From Paramoeba atlantica (lineage: Eukaryota > Protista > Discosea): a DNA stretch of 64,000 nt. The stretch is from NCBI GenBank assembly GCA_977017575.1, contig CDRNVI010000148.1, forward strand, positions 248,001 through 312,000. The letters are read 5' to 3'. A program made the translations under genes and the position numbers. Shown one piece after another: positions 1-9,533 of this stretch; positions within the stretch are counted from its first letter, which is position 1, and the number at the start of each line of letters is the position of its first letter. The notes under the pieces are model-generated. The model saw nothing but the letters and a program-made list of their open reading frames with translations, was not told the DNA's origin and did not search any database.

Positions 1-520
1 ACAAGTCACTGAAATAGGGGTTGGGGAACAGAATCCCGCGTGGGTGAGGATACTTTTTGGCAATCACAAAAGTCGGAATGGGAGGATACTCTGGAGAAAG
101 TTCGCCGACAGAACCTGAGGAAAATGAATACCCAATTTTCTTCTTTTTCAATTGTTCGAGATACTCAGCCACCGGGCGGCTCAACTGCCAGTTTCGACCA
201 GACAAGATCGACCACATGAACCTCAAATGCAGACGATTCTTCATTTCATTCAGGAAACTCTCTTGAGCGTACAACTTCCCATTCACAATCCAAATTCCCC
301 CCGAGACATTGAGGTGGTTGATCAACAAACTCGGAGCTGGATCTTCTGCTTTGTTGATTCTTTCAGCGTCGAACTCGATCGATTGGTCCAGGACCTGGTA
401 CACCCTCGCCATGGCACCTTTCCAATCATATTTCGATTGACCCTTGACCAACCGCGAGAATGAAAAACACAAGAGGAGGAGAAAAAGGAGTTTCGTACCA
501 CTCCAAGAAGAGCTGGACAT
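1..520 (-). CDS. Secreted/type II membrane protein, possibly glycosyltransferase family 90 (CAP10-like); 3'-truncated by window edge
   Basis: Open frame from ATG at 520 to the window edge, absent from the ORF track because it has no stop: MSSSSWSGTKLLFLLLLCFSFSRLVKG...GIWIVNGKLY...YPPIPTFVIAKKYPHPRGILFPNPYFSDL. Hydrophobic N-terminus. The PxPxF...IL.PxxxF pattern recalls GT90. Confidence 0.55.
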   Translation of the reverse strand, partial: MSSSSWSGTKLLFLLLLCFSFSRLVKGQSKYDWKGAMARVYQVLDQSIEFDAERINKAEDPAPSLLINHLNVSGGIWIVNGKLYAQESFLNEMKNRLHLRFMWSILSGRNWQLSRPVAEYLEQLKKKKIGYSFSSGSVGELSPEYPPIPTFVIAKKYPHPRGILFPNPYFSDL

Positions 521-624
521 CCAAGAGAAAGGAAGAAACAGAAACTGTTGCAACAAGAAACAACGAAAGTGTTTCGTGAACTCCTCATTCAAGAAGTCTT
601 ATTTTTCCTTTTCTTTCAGAAGAT

Positions 625-695
625 GCGCTGCTAGTCTAGTGGCAGGATGTCCGCCTTCCAAGCGGACGGGCCGGGTTCGATTCCCGGGTGGCGCA
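625..695 (+). tRNA. tRNA-Gly(TCC)
   Basis: Acceptor GCGCTGC/GTGGCGC-A, anticodon arm TCCGC-CT TCC AA-GCGGA, T-loop GGTTCGATTC, followed by a T-run Pol III terminator. Confidence 0.97.
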
Positions 696-828
696 TATTT
701 TTTTCCTTTTTTTTTTTTTCCTTTTTTCTCTTTTGTCTTTTCTTTTTCTTTTTGGAATTGGTTTCCTTTTGTTCTTTCTCTTTTCCCTCTCTCCTTTTCT
801 CTCTCTTCTCTCTCTCTTTCTCTTCCTC

Positions 829-1866
829 ATGGCAAATGGTGATTCCACATGGTCCTCTGTGGACCATTCAGACCCTCTCGTCACTTCAGAATTCGATGTT
901 TTCCTTTTCTCTTCTCGTTTCTCATCTCCTTTCTCTCATCTCCTTCTCTCTCATCTCCTCCCTTTCTCACTCCACAAAAAAGGTAGAACTTTCTCATAAA
1001 AAAATCAAATATTCAATTAATCGAGAAAGTGGAGAACTGAAAGCTTTTTTTGAGAGCCCAGGCTTTGCTCCAACAAATCTTTTCTTCCCTCAAATTTACT
1101 CATTTGATGATGTTTCTCTTTTTCTTTGTCTTTGTCTTTTTCTATTTTCCTCTCTTTGATCCTTTTCCCTTTCTTTTTTATTTCGCAATAATGAAAAGGA
1201 AAAAAAATAGACACACCAAAAGACTTTTTCTTTCAAACTTGGAATCAATCCATGTGTTGTAATTGGTCCCTTTCTTTTTCTTCCACTTGCTCTTTTTCCC
1301 TTTTCCCTTTCACAATCTTCTCTCTCTCCCACAGGAGCGGTAGGTCGAGAAAGAGAAACAGAAGAAAATTGTCTTTTCGAAGGAGAAATAGCAATTAAAT
1401 CAACAACAATTGGTGGTGCTCCTGATCAACTGGCGAAATATCCTGCTGTTTGGGAACAGATGAGTTCTTTTGAATTGGTTCTTGATTTGGCGAAAAAGTT
1501 TTTCTTTTTCTTTTTCTTTTATGATTTTGATTTCGGTTTTGATTTTGATTTTAATTTTGATTTTTTTTTTGCAGAACTCTTGATTTTACAGTTGATGGAA
1601 AATTAATTGACACAATTTCTTATGCTCACAAAAGTTTGTCATTTTCTTTTTAAATTAGATTAATACTCTCCTCAAAAATTGATTCAGGTTCCGAATGGGA
1701 GAGAGGATTTCGGATTGGCATTTGTGGTTATGTGAGAACAACACTCTTGATGGTTTTTTATTCCCTTCCTTTTCTTGAAAATATTCACAATTTCTAAAAT
1801 TGATATTATCTTTTTTCCAAGTCTACGTTAGGTGGAACTAATATAAAACCTGCAAAAAGAGCATGA
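829..1866 (+). CDS. Small spliced hypothetical protein, SPRY-like beta domain, C-terminus NIKPAKRA*
   Basis: Seven exons join in frame at GT-AG sites: MANGDSTW...FD|VELSHKK...SFDD|THQKTFSFKLGINPCVVIG|AVGRE...ELVLDLAK|TLDFTVDGKLIDTISYAHK|SSEWERGFRIGICGYVRTTLLM|STLGGTNIKPAKRA*. Confidence 0.65.
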
Positions 1867-2016
1867 AACAAAACAAGAAAAAAAAACCAAACATGAAATC
1901 CAAAAAGAAAATTGTTCCCTCCCAGAATTTTCTTTATTTAGTTTAAAATTGTATTATTACTATATATGGTAAAAATATTAATTTTGGGTTTTTTGAAGTT
2001 TCGAACTTTTCCAATT

Positions 2017-2028
2017 GATCCCACGATG
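2017..2028 (+). promoter_or_regulatory. Putative snRNA upstream sequence element (DUSE/USE-like)
   Basis: ATCCCACGAT lies about 60-67 nt upstream of the U6 start. It resembles the Dictyostelium DUSE (WCCCAYAA) and plant USE (TCCCACATCG) in both sequence and position. Confidence 0.5.
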
Positions 2029-2084
2029 TGGTTTGGGGAAGGAAAAGAAAGAAAAGAAAAAGGAGCAAAGAGGAAAGGTTTATT

Positions 2085-2105
2085 GGTTCTTCAAGAACCA
2101 TCTGT

Positions 2106-2137
<32 letters not shown>

Positions 2138-2185
2138 GGCCCCTGCGCAAGGATGACACGCATAATCGAGAAGTATCCAATTTTT
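2085..2185 (+). ncRNA. U6: U6 spliceosomal snRNA
   Basis: 5' hairpin GGTTCTTCAAGAACC, invariant core GATACAGAGAAGATTAGCATGGCCCCTGCGCAAGGATGACACGCA, terminal T-run. Confidence 0.97.
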
Positions 2186-2349
2186 TTTTCTTTTTTTGTT
2201 CTTTCTCTGTTTTGGGACACAAACAAAAATTAGAATTGGTTTTATTTCTTTATTCTTTAACTGTTTTTTATTCCTGGAAGTGAGTTTCTCTCTCTCTCTT
2301 CATGAAAACATGCTGAATCTCTCAACGGGTAAAAGATGATTCACTCAAA

Positions 2350-2661
2350 TCAAACTTCGTAAGCCGGTTCGACTTTTTTTTTGGCCAAGTCTGCTTCCTT
2401 AAAGTTCAAATCAAGGCGAAGGAGAGGTGGGTTTTCCGAAGGATTCATTGCTTTGGCAACATCCAAAGCCTGGCTTAATTCTGTTTCGAATTCAAGAAAG
2501 ATGCGATCTCCTTCTTCGTCCAGATATGACAAGGTGTACTCGCTGAGATTTGGAAAGAACTGCTGAATGGTTCGATTCAACTTCTCGATCGAAAAGAAAG
2601 ATGGAAAACTCACGCGACGGAATTGGTCCCCAAACTTTAACTTCAAAACAACTTTACCCAT
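2350..2661 (-). CDS. PB1-domain protein
   Basis: MGKVVLKLKFGDQFRRVSF...YTLSYLDEEGDRIFLEFETELSQAL contains the basic Lys and the OPCA motif (YxDEEGD). The 3' end may splice at GTTTGA. Confidence 0.85.
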   Translation of the reverse strand: MGKVVLKLKFGDQFRRVSFPSFFSIEKLNRTIQQFFPNLSEYTLSYLDEEGDRIFLEFETELSQALDVAKAMNPSENPPLLRLDLNFKEADLAKKKVEPAYEV

Positions 2662-3081
2662 GTTGGCTCAAAAACTAGCAACTCGTGGCAGAGATATGTC
2701 TCAAAATGGATGTCCAAAAAAAAAGCGATTTGGGAAAATTGAAGGAGGAAAATGGGAATAGATCCTCAATCAAAAAGAAGAATCCATCATTCGAAAAACG
2801 TGTTGGACAAGAAAGCCAAGAGAGACGTGTCGACCATTTTCGAAAAAAGACTCCGCGTGGGGACACCAAGACACCAATAACAAGACGAGGGTTTCGTCTT
2901 CGCCACTTGTTTCTTAGCCACCAGGGTTCTCCAGATTTGAATTTTTGCCCGCCCTAGGTTTCTGAAGGGTGCAGGAATGTGAATTGTTTGTAAAATTTGC
3001 AAAATCAAAAAAAAAAAACTCAAACCAGCAAAAAAAAGTGGTCATTCTTCTTCTATGTTTTTAAAAAAGAGGTTATTTTTT

Positions 3082-5622
3082 TTAATATTCCTCGATCACC
3101 TTCACCACACCCCACATCTCAATGACTAAAGAGCGCCATCCCTCACAGTTCTCTTTATCATTCATACACCCCCCGGTCCCAAAAACCTCCTCAATTTCTT
3201 CCCTTCCCACCCATACATCCCTCACAAGTTCCAAGAAAGCTCTCTTTGGAGTTTGCGATCCCAATTGAGAGAAGATAAAGAGATTAGAAGAAGAAGCAAT
3301 GGCCCTTCTCGCTTCATCCAAGTCGTTTTGGTACATCAAAATATCAAAAGAATCGTCAAGGTTTTTCTGATGAATTTCATTTCGGAGAAGCGCGAGATAT
3401 TCAGGAGAACCAATGAGAAAACAAATGCAGGGTCTCATTCTCTCCTCCATCAAAAAGGCACGCTTCAAAGCCCCAGCAAGGATCGCTACTGCTAAACCCG
3501 AACCAGTACCATTTCCAAATATGATCGTGGGTGTTGAATGATGGAAATTGAGGGCCATCTCACCCCACTTTCCTGTTCCAATTTTATAGGTGAAGGATTC
3601 AGGGTTATCTTGAATCATTTGTGTGCATAAACGCATTCGCCCAATGTGAATTCTGTGTTGATCATTCTCCACTTCAAAGTTCGTCCACTCCTTGACCCAA
3701 GTACATTGTTGAGTAGTCTGCTCACCATTCTTGGTGTCGTTCAACTTCGGAATTGAAACTTGGACAGAAGAGTGTTGCCCTTGCTCGGCTAAAACGTGGT
3801 TGGGATCGCTTTCAACCTGAATAATAAGAGAAGAGATCTGCCTGTTGCCTTGATCAAGGATTGTCCTCATCAGAAACTTCGCTTGGACAGATTGATAGTG
3901 AAGGCAATGTATCAACCAACCAAGCCCATTTAAGATCACAGTATACCACAACAAAGGATCGCCAGAGAGACCAAGGATCCCATGCATCAAGAACACAATT
4001 TGGATCACACAAACCAGGGGATTATGGATTTGTTGGAATTCATATTGACCCCATTCCCCTCTCTTTCTTTGTATTGCTCCATATCCAATCATCAAAAATG
4101 CCAAGAACCCCACGAAGCCGGTTAGGCCAGGGTACAAGAAGATGAAAGCCCTTTGGCCCGCAATTACCCTCAAACCCCATCCAATACCGTGAAAGAGAAT
4201 TAAAAGAACAACAAGACTTGAGAAATAAGTGTTGTGAAGGTCAAAGTTGGAGAAAGGGGTCAAATCGACAAGTCCAGTACCAAACAGATAACTGCGAAGG
4301 GTGGTGATCCCCGAAATAAAATATGGTACATTCAAGAGAACCAAGAACTTCGCAGGTACTTTTGCAAGCCAGAATCCATACAGGTCGAGTGAACTTGAGA
4401 ATTTCATTTCGGACTGTTGTTCCAAAACAGAAGTGATCGCCCATCCAGTGCCAAGATACAAAAAAGCAAATTTGAAGCAATTGTTGCAGATCTGGAGAGC
4501 ATTTTGAAAACTGTGCCGAGGTAGTTTGTACACCGAAAGAATTGAAAGACCCAAGAAATACCCAATCATCCATATTGTCCCTGCCATGACCCACTCTTCG
4601 GAGATAGCAGGTTGAAGGCTAAGACTCTTTCTCCCTTCAATACCCTTAAATTGTTCCTTTGCTCTGTGAAAAGCAAGGCCGAGTGCTTTCAGAACAATGA
4701 AGATGGCGAGAGATAAATAGAAGATAACAGTGGTGAAGTGCTGGAGTCGGAAAGAACGAGAGTAAGGTGAAAACTCCGGAAATCTTTCTTCTGAGAAAAA
4801 GGGACCAAATAGAGAAGAGAAAGGCAAAAAACCGAGCCAAATGAGATTGTGGAGGCATATCACGATCGTTGTGACCTCCACAACACAGGAGTAAAGTACT
4901 TTTGGGCACCACAATGGAAGAAGGGAGCTCCAAATTAAAAAAAAACCAAGTATTACCCAATGGGAAGTGTGATCTTCGAAAGCTCCACTCCTAATCGTTT
5001 TGTACCAGAAGAGTGGGACAGTTTTGAGAGATGTCACATACAGCCACAGAGTTCCAATCACTTCGAGTTTCATCTGAAACTCCACCCTCATTGGAAGGAA
5101 GAGGAAGAAGATACTTAAATTGGCAAGGATAACGATCCAACACATACTTTCCGAATGAAGTGCGAGAGCGCAATTGGTTGTTCGGCGAGGATAGGTCAAA
5201 ATGAAGAGAAAGTATCCAACAGAGTTGATTAATGTTGTCCAGATCGGGGAAGAGTCAGGAAAAAAAAGAAAGTGAAGAAGATAAATAAAGATTCCACCAA
5301 TCACCCAAGGGTCAAACTGAGTGAATGATTGGGGGTTGTTTTGGGTGTTGTCGGTGTGCTGGCCGGTCTCGAAAAATGGAACGATTTCCGTTGAAGTTTT
5401 CGGTTCCAAAGAGAAAGACGAACTTTCCAAAAGAGTAAAATCTTCGCTCTCTTCTTCATCTTCGTTCCTAGAACTTCCAAATGAGTCATCAAAGAATAAC
5501 AATAAAAAATCAGAGAACAAAAAACAAACCAATCGATCAACGGACGCATCTCGATGCCATTTCTCTCTGCCATTCATCCCGAAGAGAGAGAGCAATCTTT
5601 CTTGAGAGTATTGAGTTTCCAA
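3082..5622 (-). CDS. Divergent NADPH oxidase/ferric-reductase-like multipass protein with an extra N-terminal TM module (first ATG at 5577)
   Basis: Intronless 846-codon ORF. Heme-type His pairs (DLHNTYF...ILFHG; FQQIHNPL...FLMHG) flank GLTGFVGFLAFLMI. Then GQHSSVQVSIPKL, KEWTNF...RIHI and GKWGEM...PTIIFGNGTG, which align by eye to NOX/FNR FAD- and NAD(P)H-binding motifs. Confidence 0.7.
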   Translation of the reverse strand: METQYSQERLLSLFGMNGREKWHRDASVDRLVCFLFSDFLLLFFDDSFGSSRNEDEEESEDFTLLESSSFSLEPKTSTEIVPFFETGQHTDNTQNNPQSFTQFDPWVIGGIFIYLLHFLFFPDSSPIWTTLINSVGYFLFILTYPRRTTNCALALHSESMCWIVILANLSIFFLFLPMRVEFQMKLEVIGTLWLYVTSLKTVPLFWYKTIRSGAFEDHTSHWVILGFFLIWSSLLPLWCPKVLYSCVVEVTTIVICLHNLIWLGFLPFSSLFGPFFSEERFPEFSPYSRSFRLQHFTTVIFYLSLAIFIVLKALGLAFHRAKEQFKGIEGRKSLSLQPAISEEWVMAGTIWMIGYFLGLSILSVYKLPRHSFQNALQICNNCFKFAFLYLGTGWAITSVLEQQSEMKFSSSLDLYGFWLAKVPAKFLVLLNVPYFISGITTLRSYLFGTGLVDLTPFSNFDLHNTYFSSLVVLLILFHGIGWGLRVIAGQRAFIFLYPGLTGFVGFLAFLMIGYGAIQRKRGEWGQYEFQQIHNPLVCVIQIVFLMHGILGLSGDPLLWYTVILNGLGWLIHCLHYQSVQAKFLMRTILDQGNRQISSLIIQVESDPNHVLAEQGQHSSVQVSIPKLNDTKNGEQTTQQCTWVKEWTNFEVENDQHRIHIGRMRLCTQMIQDNPESFTYKIGTGKWGEMALNFHHSTPTIIFGNGTGSGLAVAILAGALKRAFLMEERMRPCICFLIGSPEYLALLRNEIHQKNLDDSFDILMYQNDLDEARRAIASSSNLFIFSQLGSQTPKRAFLELVRDVWVGREEIEEVFGTGGCMNDKENCEGWRSLVIEMWGVVKVIEEY

Positions 5623-6025
5623 GGTCTAATCTCCAAGTCGGGGTTTTTGAGTTTCTCCCTTTTTTCTTTTTTCTTTTTTCTTTTTTCTTTTTCTTTTTTC
5701 TTTTTTCTCACCCCCAGAACTCTGAGCCTCTCACCCCCATTTTCCAAGAAAATAGAAAAAAACAAAAATTTCCTTATTTGGTTTGAGGAACACATTTATT
5801 GCCTTTATTTGGTTAGAAATTGGATGGGAAAATTCGGTTTTTCTTGTCATTTTCCCTTTTTTTCTTTTTTCTGGCGTTTTCCATTCTCGAAGAGTTCCTT
5901 TTCACTTTGGACGTTTGTTTTTGAAAGACACAATGGCAGGTTCACATTTTCCCTTATTTCTTTCTTCCCATTCAATTCTGAACGTAATAATTAATTTTCT
6001 TCCCTGTTCTTTTTCTTCCTTTCTC

Positions 6026-8042
6026 ATGGATCCTTTTTCTTCCAAAAGATTCGTCAAGTTTCGAAGTAACTTCTCTCAACAAGATTAATCGATTGGGAGA
6101 AAGAGGGGCTTATGATAAAGACACTGTTTACCGAATTTTGGATCATTCGAACCTGATTTGTACGATTTCTTGGTGTTTTGAAGGCCAGGTCTTTTTCTCT
6201 TTTTTTTTGATAAAGAAAAGAAAAGTTCTTAGTGAGAGAAAAGAAGGAATGAAAAAAGGAAAGAAAATTCGACGCGTCGAATTTTGTTTTCAGCTCAAAC
6301 AAGATCTTAAAGTACTACTTTCAAATGAATGTTGGAAGGATTTGTATTTTTGTTTTTTACAAAGAATAATCCAAAATAAATTTAAAAACGCACCATGCCG
6401 AAAAGGTGTCGTTCTCGTTTTTCGCAAGGTTGTCGCAAAGAGAGGACTCTCTTGTTTCTTTCTCACTCGACAATTTCTCGAAACTCAAATCAAAACTCCA
6501 AAAAAAAAAATGGCAGCTGCTCGATTTTGGCAAGAAGGAAACCACCTCCACCTCCACAACGAAGCCTCTGGAAAGAACTTGAAGTTCGATGGAAGCGAAG
6601 TTACTGCTGATGGTGGTGATCGAAAACCCGCCACCTGGAAGGTCCATCGTCTCAACAAGGGTTCCAAACCCCAACATGTCAAGTTGGAGAACGTTGCTCA
6701 CGGTGGAAAGTTCCTCAAAGTTGGAAAGGATGGACACTTGAAGGTTGGAAAGGGAGGGAAATGGTGTGTGTTTGAAGTTTCGAAGCACGGAAACCACTAC
6801 TGCCTCGAATCTACCGCCAGTCGTGGACATGGAGTTGGATTCCATGATAATGGAAAGCCCAAAGAACCAAAGAATGTCAAACACGGAAAGCACGGTCAAT
6901 TCAAGGTCTCCAAGGCTTAAGTCCAATACACAATAAATCAGAATCAAAAATAGAATTTTAATACTTTTTGAGCAAAATTGATGTTTGTTTTGGATGAGAG
7001 AGAAAGAGAAAGAGAATTTTCAAGAGAGATTTAATTTTCTTTTTTTTAATATTTTTATTCAACTCGAAAAGAGTTATGCAATGCCAATGATGTTTGCTCG
7101 GGATGGAGATCGAATTTTGCTCCACTGTTCAGTTGCCACTGGATTTGCTTCAAAGATCACGAAGTAATTCTTTCATTGTTTTCCTTTCTTGTTCTTTTTC
7201 CTTCTTTGAATAATTCAACAAACAATAGGCCAGATGTGAGAATTTGTTTTGTTGTTCATCATGTTGATTCGATTGTGTATGCAAGATATATTTTTAGTCA
7301 CTCTTGTAATTACGAGAGCGTTGTTGCTTATGGAAGGTTCTTCCTTTTTTTTTTTTTTTTCTTTCTTTTATTGAATTATGATTTAATATCCATTTAATTT
7401 TTGTAATTCCCTTTGAGTCAAAAGTCTAGTTTCTTTTTTCCATATATTCTTTTTTTCTTTTTCTTTTTTTCTCTTCTCTCATATGTCTCACATTCGTAGA
7501 TGTGAAGAAATCACTGACCCTGATGAGAAATTGAGATGTTTGTATGTTCTTTCGGAGCACCTCGTCCCTGATCGTTGGGATCATGTTCGCCCTGCTAATA
7601 AATCTGAGGTCTTCTTTCTTTTCTTTTGGTCTCTGCTTGGAGGGTTAATTTTCGGTTTGACTTTCTTTCTTTGATGTTAAATACTCTTCTCTCTCGCAAA
7701 GCTCAAGGCAACAGCGGTCATCGCAATGAACATTGAATCTGCTTCCGCCAAAGTTCGAACTGGTGGTCCTTCTCGGAATAATCAGGTTTTGAAAAAAAAA
7801 AAAAGAGAGAGAAAAGAAGGGACAAGAGAAAAGAAAAAAGAAGAAAGAAAAGTTTCTCAAACATGATGTTTCAGGATGACCAAGACTTTGGAGAAACATG
7901 GGGAGGTTTGGTTCATATCAGTGAGAGAGCAATCAAGAAAAATGGAGGGAGTCCTTTTGAACCTGATCCACTTTCTGTTGAAAAAGGAACAACTCCTCCC
8001 CCACATATTCAAAATTACCAAACTCCAATCAATAGAGATTAA
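6026..8042 (+). CDS. Pyridoxamine 5'-phosphate oxidase-like flavin-nucleotide-binding protein (Pyridox_ox_2/NimA-like), 6 exons
   Basis: Exons: ...RLGERGAYDKDTVYRILDHSNLICTISWCFEGQ (ends 6188) | SYAMPMMFARDGDRILLHCSVA (from 7072) | ICFVVHHVDSIVYARYIFSHSCNYESVVAYGR | EKLRCLYVLSEHLVPDRWDHVRP | LKATAVIAMNIESASAKVRTGGP | ...TWGGLV...PDP...RD*. The ATG at 6026 is one base out of frame across a T5 run (assembly error or mutation). Confidence 0.85.
6510..6920 (+). CDS. His/Lys/Gly-rich beta-trefoil protein (hisactophilin/fascin-like), nested in intron 1 of the flavin-binding gene
   Basis: 136-aa intronless ORF with three ~40-aa repeats (LHNEASGKNL.., LENVAHGGKFL.., LESTASRGHGV..). AATAAA follows at ~6932. 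Confidence 0.75.
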   Translation: MAAARFWQEGNHLHLHNEASGKNLKFDGSEVTADGGDRKPATWKVHRLNKGSKPQHVKLENVAHGGKFLKVGKDGHLKVGKGGKWCVFEVSKHGNHYCLESTASRGHGVGFHDNGKPKEPKNVKHGKHGQFKVSKA

Positions 8043-8410
8043 TGGTGAAAGAATTGATTATTATTCGAAAAACAAATAAAGAAACAAGTTTTATCAAATC
8101 CGTTTTTGAAGAAGAATTTTGACAAGTAAGTTCTTTTCGAGAATCTTGCTGTTGTCCCTGAGAATATCAACTTTTGTTTTAGTCTTGATCTACGATCTCT
8201 TGGCTGGTTTGTATTGTCTCCATTCTGTCAAAAAATAACTGCAATCGGTTGAACTGAATTCGACAAGATTCAAATATTGGGGTTGGACATATTTGTAATA
8301 TTTGGATATTTCCTTATTTACATCTTCTTTCTTCTCTTGTTGTCTTCTCGTTCTCTCGTTTCTTCGTTCTTGGTCTCGAGAGAGGTTGTGAAAGATTTTA
8401 TTGTCTTCTT

Positions 8411-9148
8411 ATGGCTTTGGTCTATTTTCCTTTTCTTCTTTTCTTCTTTTTTCTCTTCTGTTTTGGATCTATCGAGAGACGAGAAGAGAAATCTGATTGT
8501 GTTTGAACATCATTTTTCTTTTTTGTTTCACAGATGCCTTTACATGATGACCATCATCGTGAGGATTGCCCAAAGGTCTATCTGTTAATGGGACCTTCAG
8601 GCAGTGGGAAAACCTCTTACTATGAGAAGAAATTGAAGCAAAGGAATTTACCTCTGATGGGCATTGATAGAGAGATCGATATGTTATTGAGGTCGACAAT
8701 AGCTGATGATACAAATATCCAAACCCCTTTTTCTCTATTGAGGGATGTTGCCAAGGAGGCGAGAGATAAGCATATCAATGAGCTTCTAGAACAACGGAAG
8801 AACTTTGTGTATGACGGGACAGGAAAAAATACTTCTTTTTATAGAGAGCTGATTGAAAAGTTCAAGGAGAGCGATTTTCAAATTGTTTTGATTCTTCTTG
8901 TTGCAAAGAAAAAGGATATTTTCAACCGATTAGAGGAGAGGTCATTAAAAACCAATCAAAAGATTCCTGAGTCTGTTGCCATGAAATCTTTTGGATCTTA
9001 TCAATCTTTCTTTGATTTACGAGACCTTGCTGATGAGAGTGTTATCTACTTTGCCAACAATGGACTTTTTCATCTCCTCTCAGATGACAAGATGATGAGC
9101 GGAGCAGATCTTGAAGAGTTAATTGAGGGGGGGATGTCGACCATCTAG
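8411..9148 (+). CDS. Zeta-toxin/AAA_33-like P-loop kinase with probable N-terminal signal anchor
   Basis: Core ORF 8534-9148 has Walker A GPSGSGKT, NFVYDGTG and RLEERSLKTNQKIP, typical of zeta-toxin-like kinases. A hydrophobic upstream exon (ATG 8411) could join through a short GTTTGA...CACAG intron. Confidence 0.75.
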
Positions 9149-9533
9149 AAGTCGATAACCACTGGGTCTTGCGAAGTATTCACCAATTATTCCAGGCATG
9201 GAGTCTATACTCATTCATACCTGAGGGAGTGTCCATGGCAAATGATTTTTCTGAGCTGAGCGATTGCAATGAATCAAATTGGGCTTCTGTTTATCAGTGA
9301 TTGCAGAACTTCATTTTTCTTTCGGAGAATCGTCTTGAAATTCGTCTAACAACATCAAAAAAACAAAAACGAAAAACGAAAAAAAAACTTCGCTGCAGTT
9401 TGTTGGATAAGGTGTTGAATGTTTTCATTCATTTCTTTGTTGTTGTGACTCACAAAATGAGTTCTGTTTTTGTGATTATTTTTGTGTTGTTTTTTCAAAT
9501 GTTTTGGAAATGAAATATCGAACTCTCAGAGTA

